A DNA stretch of 64,000 bases from Candidatus Gottesmanbacteria bacterium (lineage in GTDB: Bacteria > Patescibacteriota > Microgenomatia > UBA10105 > UBA927): NCBI GenBank assembly GCA_903821745.1, contig CAIJMI010000004.1:152404-216403 (forward strand). Direction: 5' to 3'. The notes under the pieces were generated by a model. It made no database searches. It was not told where the DNA came from and saw only the letters and a list, made by a program, of their open reading frames with translations. Shown in pieces: positions 38,133 to 49,290 of this stretch. The position numbers and the translations under genes are program-made. The stretch's first letter is position 1, and each line of letters begins with the position of its first letter.

Positions 38133-39539
38133 ATGGACCAACAAGAAGAACCTTCCTGCACTACCGCGATTGTTAAACGTCACGAAAAAGTCGTCTACAT
38201 TTTTAATCTTTCAGAAGATGTTTGGCCTTTTATTAAGGCAATGTCTGATCCGCATGAGCGGCAATTTGAAATTGATTGGAATGCAAATCTTGCTGAACGT
38301 GATCTTCTTTCAATTGCTGAAGAAAATGAAGCAATATTTATCAGTCCTCATCCAATCAAAGATTCTTTTCTTTCATATTACCAACAGGTATTTGGTACAA
38401 AACATATTCAAATTTTGGTTCCAAAAACACACACCGGTGAAATTTGTGAAGACATTATCAATGATAATGATCTCGTTGAGGAACTAATTAAAGCAGCAAA
38501 TTCAGTTAAAAAATTAACACTCATCAGCTATTCAACGAGTCCGCAATTTCTACATCTTGTTTCAAAACTTCAAAAAAAAGGAATTACTGTGTATACCCCA
38601 GAATCTCCTGAAGTTCCAAGTGCATGGACCGTTAATTTCTATGGGAGCAAATCTGGTATCAGGCAGCTTGCACAAAAAAGCGGTGCCATAGAGCCGGATT
38701 TTAAAATAGCGGATGGTCTTATTTGTTCTTCTATCTATGATGCGGCAATGATTGCTGCACATAAGTATATAAAAGAAGGCGGTGTCGTTATTAAAACGAA
38801 TAAAGGACATTCCGGTGCAGGAGTACTTTTGTTACGTCCAGGAGATCTTCCGAATGAATATGATGCATGTGAAAAAGCAATTCATACAATGTTGAAAAAA
38901 GATAAATATTGGGAAGAATTTCCTATCGTTATCGAAGATCTGTTAAATGTAAATCCTGCAGTTGGTGGAGGATTTCCGGATGTTGAATTTAAAATTCAAA
39001 AATCAGGAAAAATTGAACTCTTATACTACTGCGCAATGCGGGTGGACAGAAGCGGGATCTATAAAGGACAGGAAATGCATGAATCAGTTCTTCCAGAACG
39101 GTTAGCCGCACGAATTGTTGATACAGGATTTTTTATTGGTGAGCAATATGCTGCTGCAGGATATCGGGGATATTTTGACGTTGATTTTGTTGCAGCAAAA
39201 AATGGAGAAATTTATGTAACAGAATCCAATGCTCGTCGAACAGGAGGAACCCACGTCTATAAAACTGCGATGAATCTTATTGGCAAAGAGTTTATGACTG
39301 ATTCCTATACACTTTCCAATAACGATTATTCCTTACCGAAAGGAAAAAAACCTTCTCTTGAGGAAGTGATACAGGTATTAACGCCAGTTCTGTTTGATAA
39401 AAAAACAAAAGAGGGTGTTGTCCTTGCGTCATCCAATTTACTTGAACAAGGGAAATTTGCATATATCATTTTTGGTAAAAATGAAAAACGCTCGCTCGAA
39501 ATAGAAGCAGAAATGGAAAAACTTCTTTTGAAGCTTTAG
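38133..39539 (+). CDS. ATP-grasp domain protein (peptide/amide ligase-like)
   Basis: VIKTNKGHSGAGV, GYRGYFDVDF, TESNARRTGG. Confidence 0.75.
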   Translation: MDQQEEPSCTTAIVKRHEKVVYIFNLSEDVWPFIKAMSDPHERQFEIDWNANLAERDLLSIAEENEAIFISPHPIKDSFLSYYQQVFGTKHIQILVPKTHTGEICEDIINDNDLVEELIKAANSVKKLTLISYSTSPQFLHLVSKLQKKGITVYTPESPEVPSAWTVNFYGSKSGIRQLAQKSGAIEPDFKIADGLICSSIYDAAMIAAHKYIKEGGVVIKTNKGHSGAGVLLLRPGDLPNEYDACEKAIHTMLKKDKYWEEFPIVIEDLLNVNPAVGGGFPDVEFKIQKSGKIELLYYCAMRVDRSGIYKGQEMHESVLPERLAARIVDTGFFIGEQYAAAGYRGYFDVDFVAAKNGEIYVTESNARRTGGTHVYKTAMNLIGKEFMTDSYTLSNNDYSLPKGKKPSLEEVIQVLTPVLFDKKTKEGVVLASSNLLEQGKFAYIIFGKNEKRSLEIEAEMEKLLLKL

Positions 39540-39589
39540 TAATTTCCGTACTATTGACTACCATTTGTGAAGATTGTTATCATGTAAGC

Positions 39590-40276
39590 ATGTCTAGGCT
39601 ATCTGATCATGAAAAAGCGTTAGACTTACGTCGTAAAGGAAAAAGTTATTCGCAAATAAAGGAAACCTTGGGAATAAGTAAAAGCACTCTAAGTGATTGG
39701 TTACGTAATTATCCTCTGTCTAAAGAGCAAATGTATCTCCTTACAGGGAAAAGTGAGCAAAAAATTGAGCGATATAGGGAAACTCGATTACGAATAAAAA
39801 ATGAAAAATTTTCTATTGTGGTTGAGAATGAAAAGCATAAAATATTGCCAATTTCATTAAAAGAAATATTTATGGCTGGATTATTTCTTTATTGGGGGGA
39901 GGGCACGAAAGGGTCAAATTGCACTGTTAGTGTAAGCAATACAGATTATAGAGTAATAGATTATTTTGTTCATTGGCTAGAGGTTTGTTTTTTAGTGCCA
40001 AGAAAAAAAATAAAAATTAGTTTGCAACTATATAGCGATATGAATATAAATAGTGCAATAAATTTTTGGAAAAAGACATTACATATGTCATCGAAACAAT
40101 TTATAAAACCATATATTAAAAAGAGTATACAAAAGACAATAAATCAAAAAAATGGATATGGTCACGGAACATGTCAGGCATACATATATGACGTGAAGAT
40201 AAAAACACGGATAATGGCAGGATTTGAGGTCATATATAAAGAACTAGAAGAATATAAGAAGAAAACATATAATTAG
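39590..40276 (+). CDS. HTH + LAGLIDADG-like protein adjacent to tRNA
   Basis: LRRKGKSYSQI...LGISKSTLS.W HTH; AGLFLYWGEG.K...SNTD; TTGACT/TGnTATCAT promoter 6 nt before ATG. Confidence 0.65.
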   Translation: MSRLSDHEKALDLRRKGKSYSQIKETLGISKSTLSDWLRNYPLSKEQMYLLTGKSEQKIERYRETRLRIKNEKFSIVVENEKHKILPISLKEIFMAGLFLYWGEGTKGSNCTVSVSNTDYRVIDYFVHWLEVCFLVPRKKIKISLQLYSDMNINSAINFWKKTLHMSSKQFIKPYIKKSIQKTINQKNGYGHGTCQAYIYDVKIKTRIMAGFEVIYKELEEYKKKTYN

Positions 40277-40284
40277 CAAGTAGA

Positions 40285-40356
40285 GCGCCCGTAGCTCAGC
40301 GGTAGAGCGCATGTCTTATAAACATGAGGTACTTGGATCGTCACCAAGCGGGCGCA
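40285..40356 (+). tRNA. tRNA-Ile(UAU) with atypical T-loop, CCA not encoded
   Basis: GCGCCCG/CGGGCGC, GCTC/GAGC, CATGT-CT TAT AA-ACATG, CTTGG-ATCGTCA-CCAAG, discriminator A. Confidence 0.88.
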
Positions 40357-40357
40357 C

Positions 40358-40885
40358 ATGGAACAAGTCATTTTAGTGGATGAAAATAATAATGAAATTG
40401 GTACTGCTGATAAGAAAACAGTACATACTACAACAACGCCGCTTCATCGTGCATTTTCACTGTTTATATTTAACGAAAAAAAACAATTACTTGTAACGAA
40501 ACGTGCTGCAAAGAAAAAAACATTTCCCAGCGTATGGACAAATAGTGTCTGCGGTCATGTATCACCAGGAGAAGAGACGATTGATGCAGCAATCCGGCGA
40601 AGTCAGGAAGAACTTCACATGGAAGTAGGACATGTTCACGAAGTATCCCCATACCGTTATCGTTTTGCTGATAAAAATGGCATTGTTGAAAATGAGATTT
40701 GCCCAATTTTTATTGGATTTACACATGTAGGTCCAATAGTAAATAAAAATGAAGTAGAGGATTGGAAATGGATTGATTGGAAAGAATTTATACAAATAAT
40801 TCAAGAACAACCTGGAACATATTCTCCCTGGAGTGAAGAAGAGGCAATTATACTTCAACGGATAAATCCGGAATTGCTTGGATAG
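40358..40885 (+). CDS. idi: Isopentenyl-diphosphate delta-isomerase type 1
   Basis: LHRAFS.F.F, WTNSVCGH, ENE.CP.F. Confidence 0.93.
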   Translation: MEQVILVDENNNEIGTADKKTVHTTTTPLHRAFSLFIFNEKKQLLVTKRAAKKKTFPSVWTNSVCGHVSPGEETIDAAIRRSQEELHMEVGHVHEVSPYRYRFADKNGIVENEICPIFIGFTHVGPIVNKNEVEDWKWIDWKEFIQIIQEQPGTYSPWSEEEAIILQRINPELLG

Positions 40886-41846
40886 TATGCCAATCTACAG
40901 ATTCTCCTTTAAAATACGCATACGATCCAATGTATGCAGCATTATCCGTGCACAGCGAAACGGGCGGACAAAAGAATGGAATATCACTCTGTTGGAATTT
41001 TTCCCGTAATCGTACATTTGCAGCAACGCCCCCACCGATACATATGGATTGTGCGTCATATAGTTCTGCTGCTTGGAGTGTTTTTGTTACAAGGACATCA
41101 GTAATGGATTCCTGTACTTCATATGCAAGTTCTCCGATGACTTTTTCATTAAATTCCGGAAGCCCTTTTTGTTTGATTACTTCCCGTAATATAGCTGTTT
41201 TAAGTCCGGAAAAAGAAAAATTTAATGTGTCATCATGAAGAAGCGGTCTTGGCAACTTTATTTTTGATTTTTTTCCTGCGGATTTTTGAATGGCAAGCCC
41301 CCCCTGTGAACCAAATCCTAAAAGTCGGGCCGCTTTATCAAATGCTTCACCTGCTGCATCATCCACCGTTCCGCCAAGCCAGGTAAGGTCTTTTTTATTT
41401 TTCATGAGAAATAATTCCGTGTGTCCGCCTGATACCACAAGCCCAATGGCCGGAAAAAGAATTGCGTGCTTTTCAGGCTGTTCAAGATAATTTGCGTAAA
41501 GATGTGCCAGAACATGATTGACTGGAATGAGTGGTTTGTTTGTGACAAAGGCAATTGTTTTTGCTGCTTCAACACCGATGAGCAGTGAACCAATTAGCCC
41601 TGGTCCGATGGTAACGGCAATCGCATCAATAGATTCATAACTTTGGTTTGCAGCAGTAAGTGCTTCAGTGATGACTGGTAATATACATTTTAACTGTTCT
41701 CGTGATACAACTTCAGGAACAATACCGCCGTATTTTTCATGCATGGCAGATGATGTAGCAATAATATTGCTTACAATTTTTGTGCCGTCTTGAATGACTG
41801 CTGCACTGGTTTCATCACAACTTGTTTCAATTGCTAAGATATTCAT
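40848..41846 (-). CDS. tsaD: tRNA N6-threonylcarbamoyladenosine transferase
   Basis: ILAIETSCDETS, HV.AH, VSGGHT, DDAAGEAFDK, FSFSGLKT, TDNAA. Confidence 0.96.
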   Translation of the reverse strand: MNILAIETSCDETSAAVIQDGTKIVSNIIATSSAMHEKYGGIVPEVVSREQLKCILPVITEALTAANQSYESIDAIAVTIGPGLIGSLLIGVEAAKTIAFVTNKPLIPVNHVLAHLYANYLEQPEKHAILFPAIGLVVSGGHTELFLMKNKKDLTWLGGTVDDAAGEAFDKAARLLGFGSQGGLAIQKSAGKKSKIKLPRPLLHDDTLNFSFSGLKTAILREVIKQKGLPEFNEKVIGELAYEVQESITDVLVTKTLQAAELYDAQSICIGGGVAANVRLREKFQQSDIPFFCPPVSLCTDNAAYIGSYAYFKGESVDWHTIQAIPDLSVEV

Positions 41847-42997
41847 GTATGTGTTTGTTTTTTTAATTGTACTAATATGGCAATTCTTGGTAAGTAGAAT
41901 ACTTGAGAAATCAGCAATGCTATTGCAGGTGATGTCCAATCTGCAACAGCTCCAAGAAAGATAGAAAATATGCCAAAAACAATACTTCCAGCAAATGAGA
42001 CGATGGAGGAAAGAGTTGCTCGTTCATGTTCGGTAAATTCTTTGTGCATTAACGCATTGGAAGCAACACCAGTTGCACCAAATAGAAAGGATGTAGATGA
42101 CATAAGAACGGGGGATGCGACAGTTGGAAAAACAAGTGAGACGACGTTAATAACGCGGTTAATGATCGTATCAAATAACATAAGATTTAAACCGCCAAAT
42201 TTTTTAATTAATTTCCCTGCATACCAATAACTGATTCCGCCTCCTGCAAATGACAGGGCTTTTGAGATACCGATTGCCCATGTTGGCCACAATGTGGCAA
42301 TGAATGCCGATTTAAATTGGAACCCTGATTCGCCGACACCAAATCCAATAATCTCATCAAGACTGAGAAGCCGTAGATTTTTGTTGTGCCATATGTGTTT
42401 TATGGAACCCACAAGATGAGCATAGATATTCGTTGACATAGAAGCCTGTGTTTTTGGTTCTCTGACATATAAAGAAAGGAGAAGACAGATGACTTGCGGA
42501 ATAACGGATAGCCACATAACCCAGGAAAAAGAAAAGTAGGCAATAACACTTCCTATAACCGTACCAATGGTTAATGCTGCTTGAAACATTGCGCTCACCT
42601 TTCCAAGATAATGGTCATAGGTATCTACTTTTTTTAAATCACGAAGAGAATCATGCAGGAGTGCATCATTATTGCCACTATAGAATGCTCGACTGACTCC
42701 TTCAAAAATTGCACCAATTGCAAGAAAGACATAGGTTCCACCTATGGCATAACAGATAACGCTTAAAACTGCAGCACACGCTCCTGCAGTCATTGTTTTT
42801 CTCCGTCCAATTTTGTCTGAAAGAATACCAGTTGGAACTTCAAAAAAGGCAGACGATAGCATGGCCATGCTAAAAAGGCTCATTGCAAGTGCATATGAAC
42901 CAGTGATTTTTGCAAAATACAGAATTAAAATTGCACTATAAAAATTAAAATCTGTAAAGAAGTTAAATAGTGCAAGTAGCTTGATATTGCGCCCCAT
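41843..42997 (-). CDS. MFS transporter
   Basis: EVPTGILSDKIGRRK motif A; ~12 TM. Confidence 0.9.
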   Translation of the reverse strand: MGRNIKLLALFNFFTDFNFYSAILILYFAKITGSYALAMSLFSMAMLSSAFFEVPTGILSDKIGRRKTMTAGACAAVLSVICYAIGGTYVFLAIGAIFEGVSRAFYSGNNDALLHDSLRDLKKVDTYDHYLGKVSAMFQAALTIGTVIGSVIAYFSFSWVMWLSVIPQVICLLLSLYVREPKTQASMSTNIYAHLVGSIKHIWHNKNLRLLSLDEIIGFGVGESGFQFKSAFIATLWPTWAIGISKALSFAGGGISYWYAGKLIKKFGGLNLMLFDTIINRVINVVSLVFPTVASPVLMSSTSFLFGATGVASNALMHKEFTEHERATLSSIVSFAGSIVFGIFSIFLGAVADWTSPAIALLISQVFYLPRIAILVQLKKQTHT

Positions 42998-43011
42998 ATA
43001 TCATTCCTATT

Positions 43012-43428
43012 CTACTCGAGATTAAGGAGTTTTGCGAGCGTTGAGGTGGAGTGGGTGGAAAGATGTGGAATAATAACAGCCTCTGCACCAAGTTGTTCTG
43101 TTTGTTTCATTTTCTTTTCAAGTATCGAATCACCCTCCGTTAATGCAATCGCATCAGGGTTAATTGTTTTTACTGCGTCAAAATATTCTGCGTCACTATT
43201 CATTGGTGGAAGCGCTATGACTTCATCAACCATGCGGAGTGCTTCAAGCATTTTTTTCCGTTGTTTTTGGGTGTGAAACGGCCGTCCTGCGCCTTTTAAT
43301 CGTTTAATGGTTTCATCAGATTCAAGCATCACAATTAATTTGTCACCATGTTTTTTTGCTGCTTCCAAAAAAGAAATATGACCAAAATGAATAAAATCAA
43401 AACATCCTCCAACAAGTATGGTTTTCAT
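43012..43428 (-). CDS. HxGH cytidylyltransferase-like protein
   Basis: GGCFDFIHFGH, KG..RP, ST(S/T). Confidence 0.85.
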   Translation of the reverse strand: MKTILVGGCFDFIHFGHISFLEAAKKHGDKLIVMLESDETIKRLKGAGRPFHTQKQRKKMLEALRMVDEVIALPPMNSDAEYFDAVKTINPDAIALTEGDSILEKKMKQTEQLGAEAVIIPHLSTHSTSTLAKLLNLE

Positions 43429-44822
43429 TGTTTTGTCCCCCGTAAAAAGACTGCCTGCCAGGGTTGATAATTGGATACAAAGATTTGATCAATGGTCCGT
43501 TCACCATTTTTTGTTACCCGATATTCAAAAGATGCTTTTGCACCCCATGCATCAAAGTCTACCTGTTTGATGGTACCGACGGAAAGCGTTGGATCATCTT
43601 GATACAAAGTTGGTGGAGGTGGTGTAATACCTGAAAGTGTCTGATTAAGAATTTCAGCCTTTCTTCCGTCAGAAACACCATATAAATCAAATGTCAGAGT
43701 GAGGTTGTTTGTGTCTGTTTTTGTTTGAATGAGAATATATGCTTGCGTATCGTTTATAAATTTTAAATCATTACTTGGATCAAATACAGTTGCATCGAGG
43801 CCTGGTTTAAAACCGCCTTCTTCATAATAATGAACGCGGTACGAATGTGCATGGCGTTCAATTATTGGAAGTCCAGCATTGAGGGCGGCACGGAACAAGG
43901 TTGTTGAAACTTGACATACACCGCCTCCATCCCCAAGAACGGTTCTGCCATCCTTAATAATATATGCAGATTGATATCCTGTTGCTGCGGATATGTCACC
44001 AACAGTTTTATTAAATGAAAACGTTTCACCTGGCGCAATAAGGACACCATTTAATTTTGCGGCAGCAAGCGCAACATTGTGAATACGTCCCGGTATGGAT
44101 CCTGCAAATTCTGAGTACCCGGTACTGATTTTTTCTCTAATACCGAAGGAATTTGCTTGTTTTGTTGAAACAACAGGTGTAATTGTGTCAACGGGAATGG
44201 ATAATGTAACACGATTAGAATTTTTTTTGACTGCATCAATCAGAAGTTGTCCAAACAAATCTCGAAGTTGTTTTTCATTTACGCGTCTGCCTTCCTGCGA
44301 AGGTTTAAAAGAAATCACTTTTCCTTTCGTAAATTGAAACAGTGCATTTTCAACCGGAATATTAATGATTGCCGATACGGAAGCAATAGTATTGGTAAGC
44401 GCATCCTCATTCCATTCAAATGCAGGAGGGAGGTTGATCGGTTGGTTTCCGTAGCGCTCACGGAGATTGCTTGTAAAATGAGAAGATCGACCCACAAGTA
44501 ATGCTTGTGTTGCTGAAAGGGTGGCATTATATCCCAGGTGAAGATCTGTTCCTGATATCGTGGCAATGGTATTTTCAAATCGGAGTTCAAATTGAACATT
44601 TGAAAGGGTAGTATTTTTACGTAGCCAGTAAGTTTCTATTTCTTGCTGCGTTTTTCCGCCAAATGCTATCGAATCAATAAACACCTGTGGATATGCACGA
44701 TGTGCATATGCCTGTTCAAAATAGACAAAAAAGCTGGTTATACTGCCAAAAGCAAATATAAGTAGAGATATACATATCCAAAGAATTTTTTTATGTATGG
44801 GCTTGTTGTTTCTGAGAGCCAT
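43425..44822 (-). CDS. VanW-domain protein with PG-binding-like region
   Basis: FSFN..VG, GGGVCQVSTTLFRA, ERHAHSY, DLKF.N. Confidence 0.9.
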   Translation of the reverse strand: MALRNNKPIHKKILWICISLLIFAFGSITSFFVYFEQAYAHRAYPQVFIDSIAFGGKTQQEIETYWLRKNTTLSNVQFELRFENTIATISGTDLHLGYNATLSATQALLVGRSSHFTSNLRERYGNQPINLPPAFEWNEDALTNTIASVSAIINIPVENALFQFTKGKVISFKPSQEGRRVNEKQLRDLFGQLLIDAVKKNSNRVTLSIPVDTITPVVSTKQANSFGIREKISTGYSEFAGSIPGRIHNVALAAAKLNGVLIAPGETFSFNKTVGDISAATGYQSAYIIKDGRTVLGDGGGVCQVSTTLFRAALNAGLPIIERHAHSYRVHYYEEGGFKPGLDATVFDPSNDLKFINDTQAYILIQTKTDTNNLTLTFDLYGVSDGRKAEILNQTLSGITPPPPTLYQDDPTLSVGTIKQVDFDAWGAKASFEYRVTKNGERTIDQIFVSNYQPWQAVFLRGTKQ

Positions 44823-44845
44823 GATATGATTATTGTACAAGATTT

Positions 44846-46345
44846 ATGATAACGCCACCATCAAGCACAGAATCACCGCCGCAGCCACCATCTCCACAGG
44901 GATCTATCTCATTTGGAACACCGACGATGGCACCGACGCCGGAACCAGTTATACCACCAAGCAATGATCCGGTGCTGTCACCAACACCACCGATATTAAC
45001 AACACCAGCGGTAATGACCCCATCAAATCCATGGCCAAAACGATTGTTGGCAATTGCACTTGTTCTTATTCTGGTTATGGTTGGAATTTTTGGAGGAAAA
45101 TATATATATTCCATGATTAATGCCTCCAAGCAGGTAACGCTGACCTATTGGGGATTATGGGAAAATGAAGCGGTTATTCAGCCTGCCATTGCAGCATTTG
45201 AAGCAAAAAATCCAAAAATTAAAATTCAATATGTGAAACAATCACAAAAACAATATCGAGAGCGGTTACAAGCTGCGATTGATCGCGGTGAGGGACCAGA
45301 TATCTTTCGGTTTCATAATACGTGGGTTCCGATGATTTACAATCAGTTATCTCCAGTTCCAGCGACTGTGATGACGCCTGCAGTATTTAAAAGCGCATTC
45401 TATCCTGTGGCATCTGCAGATCTTGTTGCGGGAGAAGCAATTTATGGTATACCACTCATGATTGACGGATTAGGTCTATATTATAATGAAGAATTATTTG
45501 CAAAAGCTGGGATTACAGCACCTCCATCTACATGGGAAGAACTCTTAACAATGATTCCAAAAATTGCAAAATTTGAAGGAACAAGTTTTGCAGTATCCGC
45601 CATCGCGCTTGGAACAACGAATAATGTGGAAAATTATTCCGATATTTTTGCAACAATGTTGATGCAAAATGGCGCTGATGTGACAAATCCAACATCAAAA
45701 GAAGCGGAAGAGGCATTGACGTTCTATCAAAAATTTGCGACACCGCAGGATTCTATATATACCTGGAATGAAACCATGGATAATTCCATATATGCATTCG
45801 CGATGGGAAAAGTAGCCATGATTCTGGCGCCATCCTGGCGTGCATTCGATATTCAAGATATTAATCCAAGTCTCCGATTTAAAATTGCACCTATTCCTCA
45901 ACTTCCAGGAAATACGGTCAATTGGGCAAGTTATTGGGTAGAAGGAGTATCAAATAAAAGTCAATATACAAAGCAGGCATGGGAATTTGTGCAATACCTT
46001 ACCAGTAAAGAAGGCGCAACGCTCATGTATAGTGAAGAACAAAAATCTCGGAAATTGTTTGGAGAACCGTACGCACTGGTTGAACTCGGATTAACACTCA
46101 AAGATGATCCGTACGTCGGAGCATATATTCAAGAAGCTCCTACAGCAAAATCATTTCCCCTTGCCTCTCGGACATTTGATAACGGGTTGAACGATAAACT
46201 CATTACATATTTACAGGATGCCATTAATGGAAAATCAACAGGATCTTCTGAAGTAGAGCGGCTGCAGACAATGGCAGCCGGATTTAAGCAGGTGTTTACG
46301 ACATACGGACTTGTTACAAATACTGCCCCACAACCGACACCGTAA
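44846..46345 (+). CDS. Membrane-anchored ABC sugar-type solute-binding protein
   Basis: Pro-rich N-terminus, TM, LTYWG, GPDIF, LYYN..LF, F..GKVAM. Confidence 0.85.
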   Translation: MITPPSSTESPPQPPSPQGSISFGTPTMAPTPEPVIPPSNDPVLSPTPPILTTPAVMTPSNPWPKRLLAIALVLILVMVGIFGGKYIYSMINASKQVTLTYWGLWENEAVIQPAIAAFEAKNPKIKIQYVKQSQKQYRERLQAAIDRGEGPDIFRFHNTWVPMIYNQLSPVPATVMTPAVFKSAFYPVASADLVAGEAIYGIPLMIDGLGLYYNEELFAKAGITAPPSTWEELLTMIPKIAKFEGTSFAVSAIALGTTNNVENYSDIFATMLMQNGADVTNPTSKEAEEALTFYQKFATPQDSIYTWNETMDNSIYAFAMGKVAMILAPSWRAFDIQDINPSLRFKIAPIPQLPGNTVNWASYWVEGVSNKSQYTKQAWEFVQYLTSKEGATLMYSEEQKSRKLFGEPYALVELGLTLKDDPYVGAYIQEAPTAKSFPLASRTFDNGLNDKLITYLQDAINGKSTGSSEVERLQTMAAGFKQVFTTYGLVTNTAPQPTP

Positions 46346-47217
46346 TGTTGTCACTCAAAAGAGGTATATTCCATGCACTCGTGTACGCTGATATTTTTCA
46401 ATATCCAATGACGGTTCAAGAGGTACTTCGTTGGATTCCGACAGAAAAACCTATTGCGAAAAGAACAATCCAAAAAGCAGTGCAGCAATTGGTTCATGAA
46501 GAATCTATTAGCTTCACTGCGCCGTTTCTCGTATTAAAAAAAAACACCCCGAATATCGGTCTTCATGCAGAGCGGTTAGTGCACAGCCAAAAAAAATGGA
46601 AGAATGCATATTGTGTCGCAAAAATTTTGCGGTGCATCCCTACGATTTTGTTTGTTGGAGTAACAGGTAGTTTGGCAATGAATAATGCTGGTGCGGAAGA
46701 TGATATAGATTTTTGTATTGTTGCAGCGAAGGGGACAGTATGGATTACCCGATTTCTTACAACCATTACTGTTGAGCTTGTGGCAAAACGTCGTCATCCG
46801 GGATCAATAAATATTCAAGACACGATCTGTTTAAATATGTTTTTGTCTGAAGATTCGTTAAAGACGGAAAAAGCTGAACAAGATGTCTATATCGCTCATG
46901 AAGTTATACAAATGGTTCCGATGTGGGAGCGAAAAGGTATTGAAAAACGGTTTCTTAGTGTAAATTCATGGGTAAAAAAGTATTATTACCATGCATATCA
47001 GGAGCGATTGGCATTACGAGTACAACGAGTTAAGAGAAAACCATTCTGGGAAAAAGTATTACGTTTTTTGGAAGGACCAGTAAGAACAATTCAGCTTCGG
47101 TATATGGCAAAAAGGAGAACGACAGAGGTGGTAACAAAGCAGATTATTCGATTTCACCCGAAAGATATGCGTCACTTTGTGCTTTTCACACTTGACAAGA
47201 AACTCCATCGAATTTAA
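46345..47217 (+). CDS. Pol-beta-like nucleotidyltransferase domain protein
   Basis: TGSLA...DDIDF. Confidence 0.7.
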   Translation: MLSLKRGIFHALVYADIFQYPMTVQEVLRWIPTEKPIAKRTIQKAVQQLVHEESISFTAPFLVLKKNTPNIGLHAERLVHSQKKWKNAYCVAKILRCIPTILFVGVTGSLAMNNAGAEDDIDFCIVAAKGTVWITRFLTTITVELVAKRRHPGSINIQDTICLNMFLSEDSLKTEKAEQDVYIAHEVIQMVPMWERKGIEKRFLSVNSWVKKYYYHAYQERLALRVQRVKRKPFWEKVLRFLEGPVRTIQLRYMAKRRTTEVVTKQIIRFHPKDMRHFVLFTLDKKLHRI

Positions 47218-47245
47218 AATAGCAGTCACTTAAAAAGAGTGCCAA
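47192..47245 (+). promoter_or_regulatory. Sigma70 promoter plus CIRCE (HrcA operator)
   Basis: TTGACA-N17-TAAAAT; ATAGCAGTC-N9-GAGTGCCAA (47219-47245) vs TTAGCACTC-N9-GAGTGCTAA. Confidence 0.85.
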
Positions 47246-47271
47246 CATATTACTGTTTAAAGGAGGAATAT

Positions 47272-49223
<1,952 letters not shown>

Positions 49224-49242
49224 AAAATAAGAGTAATAAATC

Positions 49243-49268
49243 AAAAACCCCGGGAGACCGGGGTTTTT
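49243..49268. terminator. Intrinsic terminator after groEL
   Basis: AAAAACCCCGG-GAGA-CCGGGGTTTTT. Confidence 0.85.
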
Positions 49269-49290
49269 GGTATATAATGGCTGTATTACT

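Noticed and set aside
40285-40356. Initiator tRNA-Met (A54/A60 T-loop recalls eukaryotic initiators)
   Set aside because: Anticodon is TAT, pair 1-72 is G-C, and the anticodon stem lacks three G-C pairs
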